Notes under the pieces: generated by a model
Told to the model about the DNA's origin: nothing
Databases searched by the model: none
Seen by the model: the letters and a program-made list of their open reading frames with translations, nothing else
From: Candidatus Adlerbacteria bacterium
GTDB taxonomy: Bacteria > Patescibacteriota > Minisyncoccia > Phycocordibacterales > SBAW01
Reading direction: 5' to 3'
NCBI GenBank assembly: GCA_963749085.1
Contig: CAVVLG010000002.1
Location: forward strand, 293,033-357,032
DNA: 64,000 nucleotides
Position numbers and translations under genes: made by a program
In this document: positions 9,501-18,682 of the stretch, in pieces
How the letters are laid out: every line of letters begins with the position of its first letter
Numbering within the stretch: the first letter of the stretch is position 1

Positions 9501-12500
9501 TCCGCTTCGACGACCATTTCCTTAAGACTGAGGCCCTTGCACAGGTCGTAGAGGGCTTCGGCTCCGATGCCGGCTTCAAACATCGCCCCGTATTTTATGG
9601 CATAGCGGTGGTAGCGGGGTTCGTCGAGCACGGCGCCAAGTTCAATGGCGTCGATATCGCGCCTGGCCTCCACAAAGAGCTCTTTCATTTTCTCCTTGCT
9701 CTTCTCGTCCTGGAGATTCTTCATCTTCTGCTTGTACTCGGCTTCCAATTCCGAAGTAATGCGCTCTTTTTCGTTTTTATGAACCGTAGTGACAATATAA
9801 CCAGCGAAATATACTACCTTCTCGAGGTCTCCGGCGGGAATGCCGAGCACACTTGAAAGCCTTGAAGGAATGGCTCGCAGGAACCACACGTGCGCGACCG
9901 GAACAGCCAAGTCGACATGGCCCATGCGCTCGCGGCGGACAATGGCGCGCGTGATTTCAACGCCGCACTTCTCGCAGATAATACCTTTGTAGCGGATGCC
10001 GCGGTATTTGCCGCAGTAGCACTCGTAGTCGCGCTCCGGACCGAATATTTTTTCATCAAACAGGGAGTTTTTCTCCGGCCGCTGGGTGCGGTAATTGATA
10101 GTTTCAGGCTTGGTGACTTCTCCATGGGACCACTCCAGGATTTTCTCCGGTGAGGCCGGGCGGATGCGCACCGCATCGAAGTCGCTTGCTTCCGCTCCCG
10201 GGGTCTTGCGGGAGTTGATGACCGCGCTGCCGCCGCGCATGAGTTCAACGTCGAGGGCAAGACCGCGCAGCGTATGAAGGAGCACATTGAAAGACGCGGG
10301 CGCGTAGTGATGCGCTATCCGCTCGCCGCGCACAATGGCGTCAAAGGCCGCCGAGCGGCCAGTGATGTCGTCCGATTTGACCGTGAGCATCTCGCGCAAG
10401 GTGTAGGCCGCGCCGTAACCGAGGAGCGCCCACACTTCCATCTCTCCGAAGCGTTGTCCCCCTCCCTGCGCTTTGCCGCCCAAGGGCTGCTGCGTAATCA
10501 ACGAATAGGGGCCTATCGAACGCATGTGAATTTTATCCTCCACCATGTGATGGAGCTTCAGGATATACATGTAGCCGACTGCGATGTCCTGCTCGAATTT
10601 CTCTCCCGTGCGACCGTCATAGAGCGGCATTTTGCCACTTTCGTTGAAGCCGGCGGCTTTGAGTTCCGAGCGGATTTCCTGTTCAGTCGCGCCCGCAAAC
10701 GGCGGACAAATAGCCTGGTAGTCCAGGGTATTGGCGGCCAATCCCAAGTGAAGCTCGAGAATTTGCCCGAGGTTCATGCGCGACGGCACCCCGAGCGGGG
10801 TCAGAATGACATCTACCGGGCGGCCATCTTCCATGTAAGGCATATCCTCCTCCGGGAGGATGCGTGAGATAACGCCTTTGTTGCCGTGACGGCCTGCGAG
10901 TTTGTCCCCGACCGAGACCGTGCGCAACTGGGCAATTTCTATGTGTATACGCTTGATAATGCCACTTTCGAGCTGGTGTCCCTCTTCGCGGGAGAATACT
11001 TTCACTCCTACAATGCGACCCTTCTTGCCGTTTTCCATGCGCAGAGAGGAGTCTTTAACGTCCCTAGCCTTGTCGCCGAATATAGAGCGCAGAAGACGCT
11101 CCTCCGGCGTGAGCTGCGTTTCTCCTTTGGGAGTGATTTTCCCGACCAAAATATCGCCCGGGCGCACTTCAGAGCCCACGCGAACGACGCCATCTTCATC
11201 GAGATTACGCAGCTTCGCTTCCGAGACGTTCGGGATGTCGTGAGTTGTTTCCTCAGGCCCCAATTTAGTGTCGCGAACGTTGCAGACGAACTCTTCAATA
11301 TGGATTGAGGAGAATTTGGAATCTTTGACGAGGCGCTGAGAAATGATGATGGCGTCCTCGTAGTTTGAACCCGACCAGCACATGAACGCCACGAGCACGT
11401 TTTGCCCGAGTGCCAATTGCCCTTGGTCGGAGGAAGAAGTTTCCGCGAGGAGTCCTCCTTTTTTTATCATCTGACCCACGCTCACGGCCGGGCGCTGATG
11501 GAGCGCGGTAAAACCGTTGGTGCGCACGAAGTTAACCAGCGGATATTCGATTTCTTTTCCTTTGTCATTCTTAACTGCAATATGTTTACCGTCGGCAGCT
11601 ACGACCACTCCCGCTTCCTTGGCGTATAAAAGACGGCCCGTATCTTTGGCGGCCGTCTTCTCCATGCCAGTCGCAACGAGCGGCGCCTCAGGGAGAATGC
11701 AGGGGGTCGCCTGCTTTTGCATGTTGGAACCCATGAGCGCGCGGTTCGCGTCGTCGTGATCGAGAAAAGGAATCATCGAGGTGGCTATGGAGAAGGCCTG
11801 CCCGGGGGCCACGTCGATATAGTTGATCTCATTTTTTGGAACGAGTACCGGAGCGCCCTCGAGACGAGCCTCTACCATGTCCTCCAATATTTTGCCCTCG
11901 GTGTCGGTTTTGGTTGCGCCGTGGGCTATCTTCTGCTTTTCCTCTTCGGCCGCGTTGAGATAAGCAATCGTGCTCGTGACCTTCCCCTTCTCCACTTTGG
12001 CATACGGGGTTTCAATCATGCCGAACTCGTTGAGGCGCGCGTATTGGGAGAGACGTAAAATAAGGCCGATGTTGGGGCCTTCAGGGGTATGAATGGGGCA
12101 GAGCCTCCCGTAGTGGGATGGGTGGACGTCGCGCACCTCAAACCCAGCGCGTTCGCGCGTGAGGCCACCAGGGCCGAGTGCGGAGAGCGTGCGCAGATGT
12201 TCTAGCTCCTCCAAAGCATTGGTTTGCTGCATGAACTGGGAGAGCTGATTGGTGGTAAAAAATTCCTTGATGCGGGCTTGGAGCGGCCGCGGGTTGACGA
12301 ATTGGACCGGCATCGTGGCGTCGGCATCAATGGTCGACATGCGGTCCTGTATATTGCGCTTCATGTGTGTCAACCCCACCCTGAGGCGCTGCTGGAGCAT
12401 TTCGCCGACGTAGCGCACGCGGCGACTGCCAAGGTGGTCAATGTTGTCCTCCATGGCGTCAGGATCGTTTTCAAGCTCCAACACGTGAGTGAATACCGTC

Positions 12501-13378
12501 ACTAGGTCGTCGAGACTGAGGGTCTTCCGGCCAAGCTCTTTCTCATCGAGCGATTTGTTGAAACGCTGGTTGAAACGGTAGCGTCCCACGCGGGAGAGAT
12601 CGTAGCGTTCCTCGCTGAAAATGGAGTTGATGTATTCGCGGGCATTTTGTGCGGTCGCCAAATCGCCGTCGCGTAGGCGCTTGTGTACTTCTATATAGGC
12701 CTCCTCGACGGTCTTCGCCGGATCTTTCTCTAGAGCCGACTCTATCCATCGTTTGCCGTAAGATGTCGAGGAGAACAGAGACTTCAAATCGCTGTCGTAG
12801 GCGGCACCCATAATGCGCAGGAGGGACGTCGCGGGGAATTTGCGTTTGCGGTCGATGCGCACGGAGAGTTCGCCGTCGGAGCCCGCTTCAATCTCTATCC
12901 ACGCACCACGCGCGGGAATGATTTTGGCCCCGAAATGGCGCTTGCTCTTGACTTCGTCAGCGGTGAAAAATACCCCGTAGGAGCGGGCAAGCTGAGGCAC
13001 AATAACACGCTCGACCCCGTTGATGATAAAGGTGCCGTGCTCAGTCATGAGCGGAAAATCGGCGAGGAATATTTCCTGTTCTTTCTCGGTCCCGGCGGTT
13101 TTGTTCTTGAGTCTTACGATAGCACGCAGGGGGATATCAAGCGACATCTTTTGCGCTTTGGCGTAGTGCTCATCGTACTTCGGCTCACCAAGTTCGATTT
13201 TGACGAATTCCAAATCAAACTTTTTGCCCGAATAGTCCTTGATGGGCGTGAACTCCTTGAAGGTATCCTTAATACCCTCCTTGAGAATCCATTCGTAGGA
13301 GGTTACCTGCGCTTCGACGAGATTGGGCGTCTCGACGAGCGGCGTGCGGAATCGGCTGAAGGACTTTTGTTCGCGCAT
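6518..13378 (-). CDS. rpoBC: Fused RNA polymerase beta-beta' subunit (2286 aa)
   Basis: Beta motifs ([25 protein letters not shown]) run in frame into beta' motifs (zinc-binding cysteines, [24 protein letters not shown]) with no stop codon. Confidence 0.97.
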   Translation of the reverse strand: MREQKSFSRFRTPLVETPNLVEAQVTSYEWILKEGIKDTFKEFTPIKDYSGKKFDLEFVKIELGEPKYDEHYAKAQKMSLDIPLRAIVRLKNKTAGTEKEQEIFLADFPLMTEHGTFIINGVERVIVPQLARSYGVFFTADEVKSKRHFGAKIIPARGAWIEIEAGSDGELSVRIDRKRKFPATSLLRIMGAAYDSDLKSLFSSTSYGKRWIESALEKDPAKTVEEAYIEVHKRLRDGDLATAQNAREYINSIFSEERYDLSRVGRYRFNQRFNKSLDEKELGRKTLSLDDLVTVFTHVLELENDPDAMEDNIDHLGSRRVRYVGEMLQQRLRVGLTHMKRNIQDRMSTIDADATMPVQFVNPRPLQARIKEFFTTNQLSQFMQQTNALEELEHLRTLSALGPGGLTRERAGFEVRDVHPSHYGRLCPIHTPEGPNIGLILRLSQYARLNEFGMIETPYAKVEKGKVTSTIAYLNAAEEEKQKIAHGATKTDTEGKILEDMVEARLEGAPVLVPKNEINYIDVAPGQAFSIATSMIPFLDHDDANRALMGSNMQKQATPCILPEAPLVATGMEKTAAKDTGRLLYAKEAGVVVAADGKHIAVKNDKGKEIEYPLVNFVRTNGFTALHQRPAVSVGQMIKKGGLLAETSSSDQGQLALGQNVLVAFMCWSGSNYEDAIIISQRLVKDSKFSSIHIEEFVCNVRDTKLGPEETTHDIPNVSEAKLRNLDEDGVVRVGSEVRPGDILVGKITPKGETQLTPEERLLRSIFGDKARDVKDSSLRMENGKKGRIVGVKVFSREEGHQLESGIIKRIHIEIAQLRTVSVGDKLAGRHGNKGVISRILPEEDMPYMEDGRPVDVILTPLGVPSRMNLGQILELHLGLAANTLDYQAICPPFAGATEQEIRSELKAAGFNESGKMPLYDGRTGEKFEQDIAVGYMYILKLHHMVEDKIHMRSIGPYSLITQQPLGGKAQGGGQRFGEMEVWALLGYGAAYTLREMLTVKSDDITGRSAAFDAIVRGERIAHHYAPASFNVLLHTLRGLALDVELMRGGSAVINSRKTPGAEASDFDAVRIRPASPEKILEWSHGEVTKPETINYRTQRPEKNSLFDEKIFGPERDYECYCGKYRGIRYKGIICEKCGVEITRAIVRRERMGHVDLAVPVAHVWFLRAIPSRLSSVLGIPAGDLEKVVYFAGYIVTTVHKNEKERITSELEAEYKQKMKNLQDEKSKEKMKELFVEARRDIDAIELGAVLDEPRYHRYAIKYGAMFEAGIGAEALYDLCKGLSLKEMVVEAETALEKSGAAEREKLARRLSTLRGMVRANVRPEWMFLMRIPVIPPGLRPMVALDGGRHATSDVNDLYRRVINRNNRLKKLLDIHAPDVILRNEKRILQEAVDALIDNSIRHGGAAYSATTQARTRPLKSLSDNLKGKHGLFRQNLLGKRVDYSGRSVIVVGPELSLNQCGLPKHMALELFRPFVIGKLLEKELAYNIRGAGRLIDEGVPEVWAILEDVIKEKYVLLNRAPTLHRLGIQAFQPVLIEGNAIQLHPLVCPAFNADFDGDQMAVHVPLSPESQAEAREIMAARKNILKPGNGEPVVATKLLDILLGSYWMTKEVAGMKGEGLAFPNPNSAILAYDFGHVGFQAKIKVLPSEKEKYAQFGGQLFETTVGRLLFNTVFPSDYPYINYPIDKKSLAKLVDDLILRYDIEKIPEIMDRIKNFGFRYVTQSGITWSLDDIRIPKEKEGIVAEAQKKSDDITKHWEQGLLSEEERYLMNLEVWHAAKSDVEKLIPASLPKDGSVSDMLRSGARGSLAQMTQMVGMKGLIASPTGETIELPVTKSMKEGLSPIDYFTTTHGSRSGLASTALSTAKAGYLTRRLFDVAQDIVVSEEECGTKEGLMVYRESASGIGTFLAKNIEGRYLASDIEVDGKIHYKKGQFITNADAHHIEELGVPSVYVRSPVGCKTSRGICSKCYGTDLGTMKPVGLGEAVGTVAAQAIGEPGTQLTMNIKHAGGAASAGGDVTHGLPRVEEIFERRAPRNPALVSEVSGEVVEMKEEAKEKIIVVAPDIEHKGKSKKDTIEYAVHFRRVPLIKVGDKVAKGQLLTDGSADLSDLFKYAGKEKTVAYILSEVVKIYELQGANISTKHVEVMVRQMFSRMKIKNSGTTDYSQGDVVGEAALELTNEKVSDSGGEKATGEPLIMGILDVSLSRASFLSAASFQNTTRMLIRAAIYGAVDHLQGLKENVIIGRLIPAGTGFKGSPKSKIVEKYAPVAAGEVTERRERVALSRE

Positions 13379-13453
13379 AGGGGTTGTATGCTAGAAACTT
13401 AATAATGCGAACAGTGCTTTAAAAAATACAATGAACCGCACTGGTGCCAAAAC

Positions 13454-13605
13454 ACGAAAAGAGCGGGCGCGTAAAACGCTCCCCTGCTTAGTTTCTACCC
13501 AAGTTCAGATGGCACGCATTGCCACTATTTAATTGTTGAAACGCAAGCCCTCACAACTCATCCTGCCTCAAGGTCTCCCCGAAGGCGCCCCGCCTTTTGT
13601 TTCGC
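13454..13605 (-). ncRNA. Candidate structured RNA (6S-like RNA or rpoBC leader)
   Basis: Has its own promoter. 5' GCGAAACAAAAGGCGGGGCGC pairs with 3' GCGCCCGCTCTTTTCGT, with internal stems and no ORF. Confidence 0.5.
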
Positions 13606-13610
13606 TCTCC

Positions 13611-13638
13611 AGTATACGAATTCTCAAGGGTCTGTCAA
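13611..13638 (-). promoter_or_regulatory. Sigma70-type promoter upstream of the RNA candidate and rpoBC
   Basis: TTGACA-16 nt-TATACT on the minus strand. Confidence 0.75.
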
Positions 13639-13711
13639 GCGCCTATACACAGATATAAAAGGCTGCCGGGCAATCCCAGCGGCTACAAAAACCTAAGAGA
13701 ATAAAGGGGGA

Positions 13712-13924
13712 TCAGGCAGTTCGAAGTTCCACGATCCCTGCTGGTAGAACGGCAACTACCGTATGTCGTGGGTATTGAAAACGTACCGCCGCCACTCCGT
13801 CGGCAATGTGCCGCACTTCGCCTTTCTTCCTAGAGTGGACGACAAAGCCTGCGAGTCTATCGTGATGCCATGGTTTGACATAGCCTTTCGCTCGGTATGT
13901 TTCTTTCACGATGCAATCGCTCAC
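13712..13924 (-). CDS. Orphan small protein (70 aa)
   Basis: SD GGGAGGG before GTG, TTGACT-17-TATCGC upstream, and a hairpin plus T-run at 13657-13684. Confidence 0.5.
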   Translation of the reverse strand: MSDCIVKETYRAKGYVKPWHHDRLAGFVVHSRKKGEVRHIADGVAAVRFQYPRHTVVAVLPAGIVELRTA

Positions 13925-14006
13925 GTGACCCTCCCGTTGTTTAATAGTATGGTACGAAAAACTCTCCAGAGGCGATACCTCACAGGAGGGTGTGAGTCAA
14001 ATACAA

Positions 14007-14654
14007 TTATGCACCTGGTCTACTCCTTCGCCTTTGCTTCCAGCTATTTATGTGTTCCCGATGGCCGGAGAGAAGAATCTTGGGCACCCGATACTTCTTA
14101 TCTTTATATGTAAGTATCTCGGGGCGGGTGTAAACTTCGTAGCTCGCTATCCTCCCTTCCTCAAGCGACTCGAATCTGCCAAGCACTCCTTTTATCTGCC
14201 GCGCCGTTGCGTCAATGATAGCCAGGGCCGGCACTTCGCCACCGGTTAAAATGTAGGGGCCGATCGAGATTTCTTCTGCCTTTAGAATTTTTTTGGCGCG
14301 CGAGTCGAGTCCCTCGTAGCGGCCGCAAATGATAACGAGGTTTTTTTCCTTGCTGAGTCTTTTCGCGTACGCGTTGGTGAAGCGCTTGCCGCCCGCGGCG
14401 GTGATAAGGACTCTCATTTTTTTTCCCTTTCGTATCTTTTCCACTGCTTTGATAACCGGCTCAGCTTGAAGCACCATACCGGGGCCCCCGCCGTAGGGCC
14501 GCTCGTCGGCCTTTCCCCATTTGTTGCTCACAAAATCACGTAACTGGTAGGTTTTCACCAAAAGTTTCTTCTCCTTTTGTGCCCGCCCCAAAATGGAGAT
14601 GCTGGTATATGCATCGATAACCTCCGGAAAAAGGCTTATGACGTAGAATTTCAT
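14007..14654 (-). CDS. trmD: tRNA (guanine-N1)-methyltransferase
   Basis: RPYGGGPGMV, ICGRYEG, SIGPYILTGGE. Confidence 0.96.
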   Translation of the reverse strand: MKFYVISLFPEVIDAYTSISILGRAQKEKKLLVKTYQLRDFVSNKWGKADERPYGGGPGMVLQAEPVIKAVEKIRKGKKMRVLITAAGGKRFTNAYAKRLSKEKNLVIICGRYEGLDSRAKKILKAEEISIGPYILTGGEVPALAIIDATARQIKGVLGRFESLEEGRIASYEVYTRPEILTYKDKKYRVPKILLSGHREHINSWKQRRRSRPGA

Positions 14655-14672
14655 CTTGCTGTTGTAGCCTAT

Positions 14673-15158
14673 TTACACTCGTGCCGCAATTGCATTCGGC
14701 ACTCGACGCAAATCGCCGTTAAGCAGTATCGGTTTCATTCCCATTACTTCCTGCTTGTAAGAGAGCTCCGAGGAGACGGGATTGAGGAGGTAAATGGGTT
14801 TTTTGAGATAAAACGCGAGGCCCATTTCTATCAGCGTGTTGCCGCCGATGTAGCCGAGCACACCGCGCTTCTCGGAATTGACTACGAGAATGGCATCGGA
14901 CCACTCCACCTTGCCTAAATGATCGTTGATAGCGGCCCCTTTGAAATCCCAAAGTTTGTCGCCTTCCACGAAGCTATCGATGCCGCCGTGCTCCTCTATA
15001 TAGGTACTGAAGGCGAGCGTCCGACCGCCGCCGAACTCCCTCGGTAATTCATTATCAAGAAACGGTACGCGCACATCATGGCCCCGGGTCTCCAGAAGGC
15101 GTCGCGCTTCCTGCATGTCTTTATAAAACACCATGCTGCCGCAAATAGTCAGCTTCAT
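14673..15158 (-). CDS. Nucleoside 2-deoxyribosyltransferase-like fold protein
   Basis: TICGSM, SDAILVVN and YIGGNTLIEMGLAFYLKKPIY. ATGA overlap with the Nudix gene. Confidence 0.65.
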   Translation of the reverse strand: MKLTICGSMVFYKDMQEARRLLETRGHDVRVPFLDNELPREFGGGRTLAFSTYIEEHGGIDSFVEGDKLWDFKGAAINDHLGKVEWSDAILVVNSEKRGVLGYIGGNTLIEMGLAFYLKKPIYLLNPVSSELSYKQEVMGMKPILLNGDLRRVPNAIAARV

Positions 15159-15565
15159 AGAATTCTTTTCTCTCGATACCACTCAAGCATAATCGGCTCA
15201 AATCCAGGCGGCGGCAAATTATTTATTTCCTCCTTCGTATACCAACCGGCCTGCTTCGTTTCCTCCTCGCTTCGCTTCATATCCCCCTGCGCCTCTATCC
15301 GATAGACTCTCCAGTAGTGCCACGTGCCACCCCCGCGGCTGCAGGGATTTTCGACGCGACCTTCAGCGATGAGCTCTATCTTTTTTGCCTTAAGACCAAC
15401 TTCTTCTTGTAATTCCCTTGCGGCCGCGTGGTCATAAGCTTCACCTTCATCCACGTGGCCTGCAGGAAAAGCATAAGTAAGAGGAAATATCTTCCGTTCT
15501 ATGAGCAGCATCTTGCCACCCCGTTCAACGATCAGACCAACGCTTGTGTGGTTACATACCGCCAT
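15155..15565 (-). CDS. Nudix hydrolase
   Basis: Nudix box GHVDEGEAYDHAAARELQEEVGL. Confidence 0.92.
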   Translation of the reverse strand: MAVCNHTSVGLIVERGGKMLLIERKIFPLTYAFPAGHVDEGEAYDHAAARELQEEVGLKAKKIELIAEGRVENPCSRGGGTWHYWRVYRIEAQGDMKRSEEETKQAGWYTKEEINNLPPPGFEPIMLEWYREKRIL

Positions 15566-15602
15566 GCAAAAATCCGCGCCCTAACTGTAGCGCGGATTTT
15601 GC
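15566..15602 (-). terminator. Hairpin between khpA and the Nudix gene
   Basis: GCAAAAATCCGCGC-loop-GCGCGGATTTTGC. The loop contains a -10-like TACAGT on the minus strand. Confidence 0.6.
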
Positions 15603-15614
15603 CAACTGTCAGTG

Positions 15615-15995
15615 TCAAAACTTTGAGAGATCCTCCATTGCCTCGTCGACGGACTTCATCGACGGAGAGACGGGTGCCTCATGCGTGCCGTCCCATCCTT
15701 GTGCCGCGGTGCCGCCGCCGTCGCTCATACTCTGCGAGCGCATGCCGCCCACCGGTTCGTTTATCTTCAAATTCACGCGCGCGTTGTGCTTCATGCCCAC
15801 CACGCGCAGAAGCGTACGAATGGCTTTCGCAGTATTGCCCGAGCGGCCGATGACCTTACCCATGTCATCTGCATTGAGATCAAGCGTCAATAACACGCCC
15901 ATCTCGTCTACCGTACGGCCGATTTTCACGTCTTCCGTATGCTCGACCAGACCCTTCACGACGAATTCCAAAAATTCCTGATCTCTTTCTGCCAT
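15615..15995 (-). CDS. khpA: KH-domain RNA-binding protein
   Basis: DMGKVIGRSGNTAKAIRTLL; lies directly downstream of rpsP. Confidence 0.88.
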   Translation of the reverse strand: MAERDQEFLEFVVKGLVEHTEDVKIGRTVDEMGVLLTLDLNADDMGKVIGRSGNTAKAIRTLLRVVGMKHNARVNLKINEPVGGMRSQSMSDGGGTAAQGWDGTHEAPVSPSMKSVDEAMEDLSKF

Positions 15996-16032
15996 TGCTG
16001 TATATTAATTTGTTAAAAACACTCCCTTTATC

Positions 16033-16404
16033 TTATGCAGTCTCCTCCTCCTGTGCAACTTCGTTACTCACAGCCTCCTCGGTCAAAGCCTCGGCGGCTT
16101 CTACTTCTTCTCTCTTATCCCCAGCTGGGGCCACCGTAAAGGTCGACAGGACGTTTATTTTCTTGCCTTCTATAATCTTATTGGAGATAAGGAGGTTATG
16201 GACAGTGTCGGAGGTCTTCGCCCCATGCGCCATCCAGTGCTTGATGCGATCGCCTTTAAGCTCCACGCGGTCGGTGCGCGCATCGTAGGAGCCGAGCAGT
16301 TCCAGATAATTGCCGGTTTTAGGTTTGCGCTTGGAGTCGGTGACGATAACCCGGTAGGAAGGATCATTTTTGCGGCCGATACGAGTGAGTCTGATAGTAA
16401 GCAT
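16033..16404 (-). CDS. rpsP: 30S ribosomal protein S16
   Basis: MLTIRLTRIGRKNDPSYRVIV..LGSYD. Confidence 0.96.
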   Translation of the reverse strand: MLTIRLTRIGRKNDPSYRVIVTDSKRKPKTGNYLELLGSYDARTDRVELKGDRIKHWMAHGAKTSDTVHNLLISNKIIEGKKINVLSTFTVAPAGDKREEVEAAEALTEEAVSNEVAQEEETA

Positions 16405-16490
16405 GTTTTAAAAATACCCCTCTCTGAGGGATAGGGGTACTGTAGCAAATGCTGGCCTAAAGTCAATAAATGCCGTAATATAAGCACATA

Positions 16491-18413
16491 ACGGGTAAGA
16501 AACACATCTCAGGCATCGTACAGGTAACCCGCAAAGGCACGGGGTACGTGCCCTACTCGGAAACGAGCGGCAAGGAGCATGAAGACATCGAAATAAGCAA
16601 TGAGCATCTGCGGGGGGCACTTAACGGGGATACCGTTGAGGTAGAACTGAAAGAGCTTTTCCCCCGCCCCAAGGGAGCCGTTATCAAGATTACCGCCAGG
16701 GCGAAGGAGGATTTTGTGGCAACGCTTAAAAGGAACAAGGGCGGCTTGGTAGCCATGCCGGACGACGTCAAATTTTACCGACCTCTGGTGCTGCCGGGCG
16801 AGGACAGATACGCCGAGGGGGAGAAAGTGCTGGTGCACTTGGAATCCTTTGATGGCAGCACGGATCCCGTGGGCACGGTCGTCGAACACCTGGGCAAAGC
16901 GGGCGAACACCGGGTGGAGATGAACGCCATTGTACTTGCACACGGCTTCCGCACAGCGTTTCCAGAAGCCGCAGCGAAGGAAGCGCAAGGAATAGAAAAA
17001 AACCATGCAGCCGCCATCGCGAAGGAAGCGCTGAGTCGCACGGACTTCCGCGACACACCCACTATGACCATTGACCCCATTGATGCGAAAGATTTCGACG
17101 ACGCGCTCTCAGTGGTCGAGCTTCCTAATGGCGATATAGAGGTGGGTGTGCACATCGCGGATGCGACCTTTTTTGTCCGCGAAGGCACGGCGATAGACGC
17201 GGAAATGCAGCGGCGCGGCACCTCCGTGTATCTCGTCGACGCGACCATCCCAATGCTGCCCATGGAGCTCAGCGGCAACGTCTGCAGCCTGCGCCCAGAG
17301 GAAGACCGGCTGGCGTTCTCCGCCGTCTTTGTCATGAGCAAGAGCGGCGATGTACGTTCGCGGAAATTCGAGAAGTCAATTATCCGCTCGAATAAACGCT
17401 TCACCTATGAAGAAGCCCAGCAGGTACTCAACACCCAGAAAGGCCCTTTGCTTAGAGAATTGAACCTGCTGCGCTCGCTTGCCCGCATCTTGCGCGAACG
17501 GCGCGAAAAAGAAGGAGCCATAGATTTCGGCGACAACGAGGTGAAATTCACGCTGGACAAGGACGGTAAGGTGCTCTCGGTCGTGCGCAAGGAGCGGATT
17601 GAGACGAATCTCCTCATTGAAGAATTCATGTTGCTCGCCAACAAAGAAGTGGCTGCGTATATCGCGGACCTCGCCGCGAAGCTCCCGGAGAAAAATTATG
17701 TGTTTCTCTACCGCATCCACGACGAGCCGAAGGCCGACCGCATTGAGGAGCTCGCCACGTTCGTGCGGGCGGTCGGCTACGATTTTGCCCATAAAAAGAA
17801 GCGGCCTTCCGCGCGGGACATCCGACACCTGCTCGAGCAGATACGGGGCAAGCCCGAGGAGCATCTCATCCGCACTGCGACCCTGCGTTCCATGGCGAAG
17901 GCTATTTATTCAACCAAAAACATCGGCCACTTCGGCCTGGCTTTTCGGTACTATACGCATTTCACCTCCCCGATACGCCGCTACCCGGATATGCTCGTAC
18001 ATCGCATCCTGGCGAGCCATCTCTACCATAAACCGCTGACCCGCAAAGAGTACGGGAATCTGGAGACCCTATGTCTCGCTGCTTCAATGCGCGAGGCGGA
18101 AGCGGTCGATGCCGAGCGCGACTCAATACGCTACAAGCAAGTCGAGTACCTAAGCGGCAAGATCGGGCAGACATTTGAGGGGGTTATCTCCGGCGTCACC
18201 GACTGGGGTCTATATGTGGAGGAGAAAATAACCGCCGCCGAAGGGTTGGTGCGAGTACGCACGATAGGCACTGATTTTTATAACTATTCGCAAAAAGAGT
18301 ATGCACTTATAGGTCAACGTACCAAAAAGAAATTCACCCTTGGCGATAGGGTGAAAGTAAAACTGGTCGCGTCCGATATGGCCGCGAGAACTCTGGATTT
18401 TGAACTAGCTTAG
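16491..18413 (+). CDS. rnr: Ribonuclease R; start probably upstream of the called GTG at 16548
   Basis: RNB motifs TIDPIDAKDFDDA and YTHFTSPIRRYPD plus an S1 domain. The in-frame upstream sequence ISGIVQVTRKGTGYV completes the first cold-shock domain. Confidence 0.92.
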   Translation, partial: TGKKHISGIVQVTRKGTGYVPYSETSGKEHEDIEISNEHLRGALNGDTVEVELKELFPRPKGAVIKITARAKEDFVATLKRNKGGLVAMPDDVKFYRPLVLPGEDRYAEGEKVLVHLESFDGSTDPVGTVVEHLGKAGEHRVEMNAIVLAHGFRTAFPEAAAKEAQGIEKNHAAAIAKEALSRTDFRDTPTMTIDPIDAKDFDDALSVVELPNGDIEVGVHIADATFFVREGTAIDAEMQRRGTSVYLVDATIPMLPMELSGNVCSLRPEEDRLAFSAVFVMSKSGDVRSRKFEKSIIRSNKRFTYEEAQQVLNTQKGPLLRELNLLRSLARILRERREKEGAIDFGDNEVKFTLDKDGKVLSVVRKERIETNLLIEEFMLLANKEVAAYIADLAAKLPEKNYVFLYRIHDEPKADRIEELATFVRAVGYDFAHKKKRPSARDIRHLLEQIRGKPEEHLIRTATLRSMAKAIYSTKNIGHFGLAFRYYTHFTSPIRRYPDMLVHRILASHLYHKPLTRKEYGNLETLCLAASMREAEAVDAERDSIRYKQVEYLSGKIGQTFEGVISGVTDWGLYVEEKITAAEGLVRVRTIGTDFYNYSQKEYALIGQRTKKKFTLGDRVKVKLVASDMAARTLDFELA

Positions 18414-18577
18414 CGACAGGAGAGGCAGCGGCAGGCATCTCCGTGGCCTAGCACATAACTGTCAAACTGACGCGGAGGATCTTTTGCTTCTGGTTTGCAC
18501 GCACCGTTTGCCAAACGACCGTGAAGCTCCACCAGCCGTGGATTACGTTTCAGATGGTCATCTTCTTGCTCATTCAT
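18410..18577 (-). CDS. Putative 55-aa microprotein with a C-terminal H/C cluster (not in the ORF track)
   Basis: SD AGGGAGGAG before ATG. Translation MNEQEDDHLKRNPRLVELHGRLANGACKPEAKDPPRQFDSYVLGHGDACRCLSCR. Confidence 0.5.
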   Translation of the reverse strand: MNEQEDDHLKRNPRLVELHGRLANGACKPEAKDPPRQFDSYVLGHGDACRCLSCR

Positions 18578-18682
18578 GAGCTCCTCCCTTGTGAAGTCTA
18601 ACGCCCTACATCCTTAGCCACTAAATCACCTTTCATATCTGCATCCAAGCACAAGGAGGTGGATATAATATTCTCCAAAAAA

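Noticed and set aside
8048-12505. Long + strand ORFs opposite rpoBC (and similar ones opposite rnr, dnaE and the adhesins)
   Set aside because: Antisense shadows of GC-rich coding sequence with no recognisable motifs.
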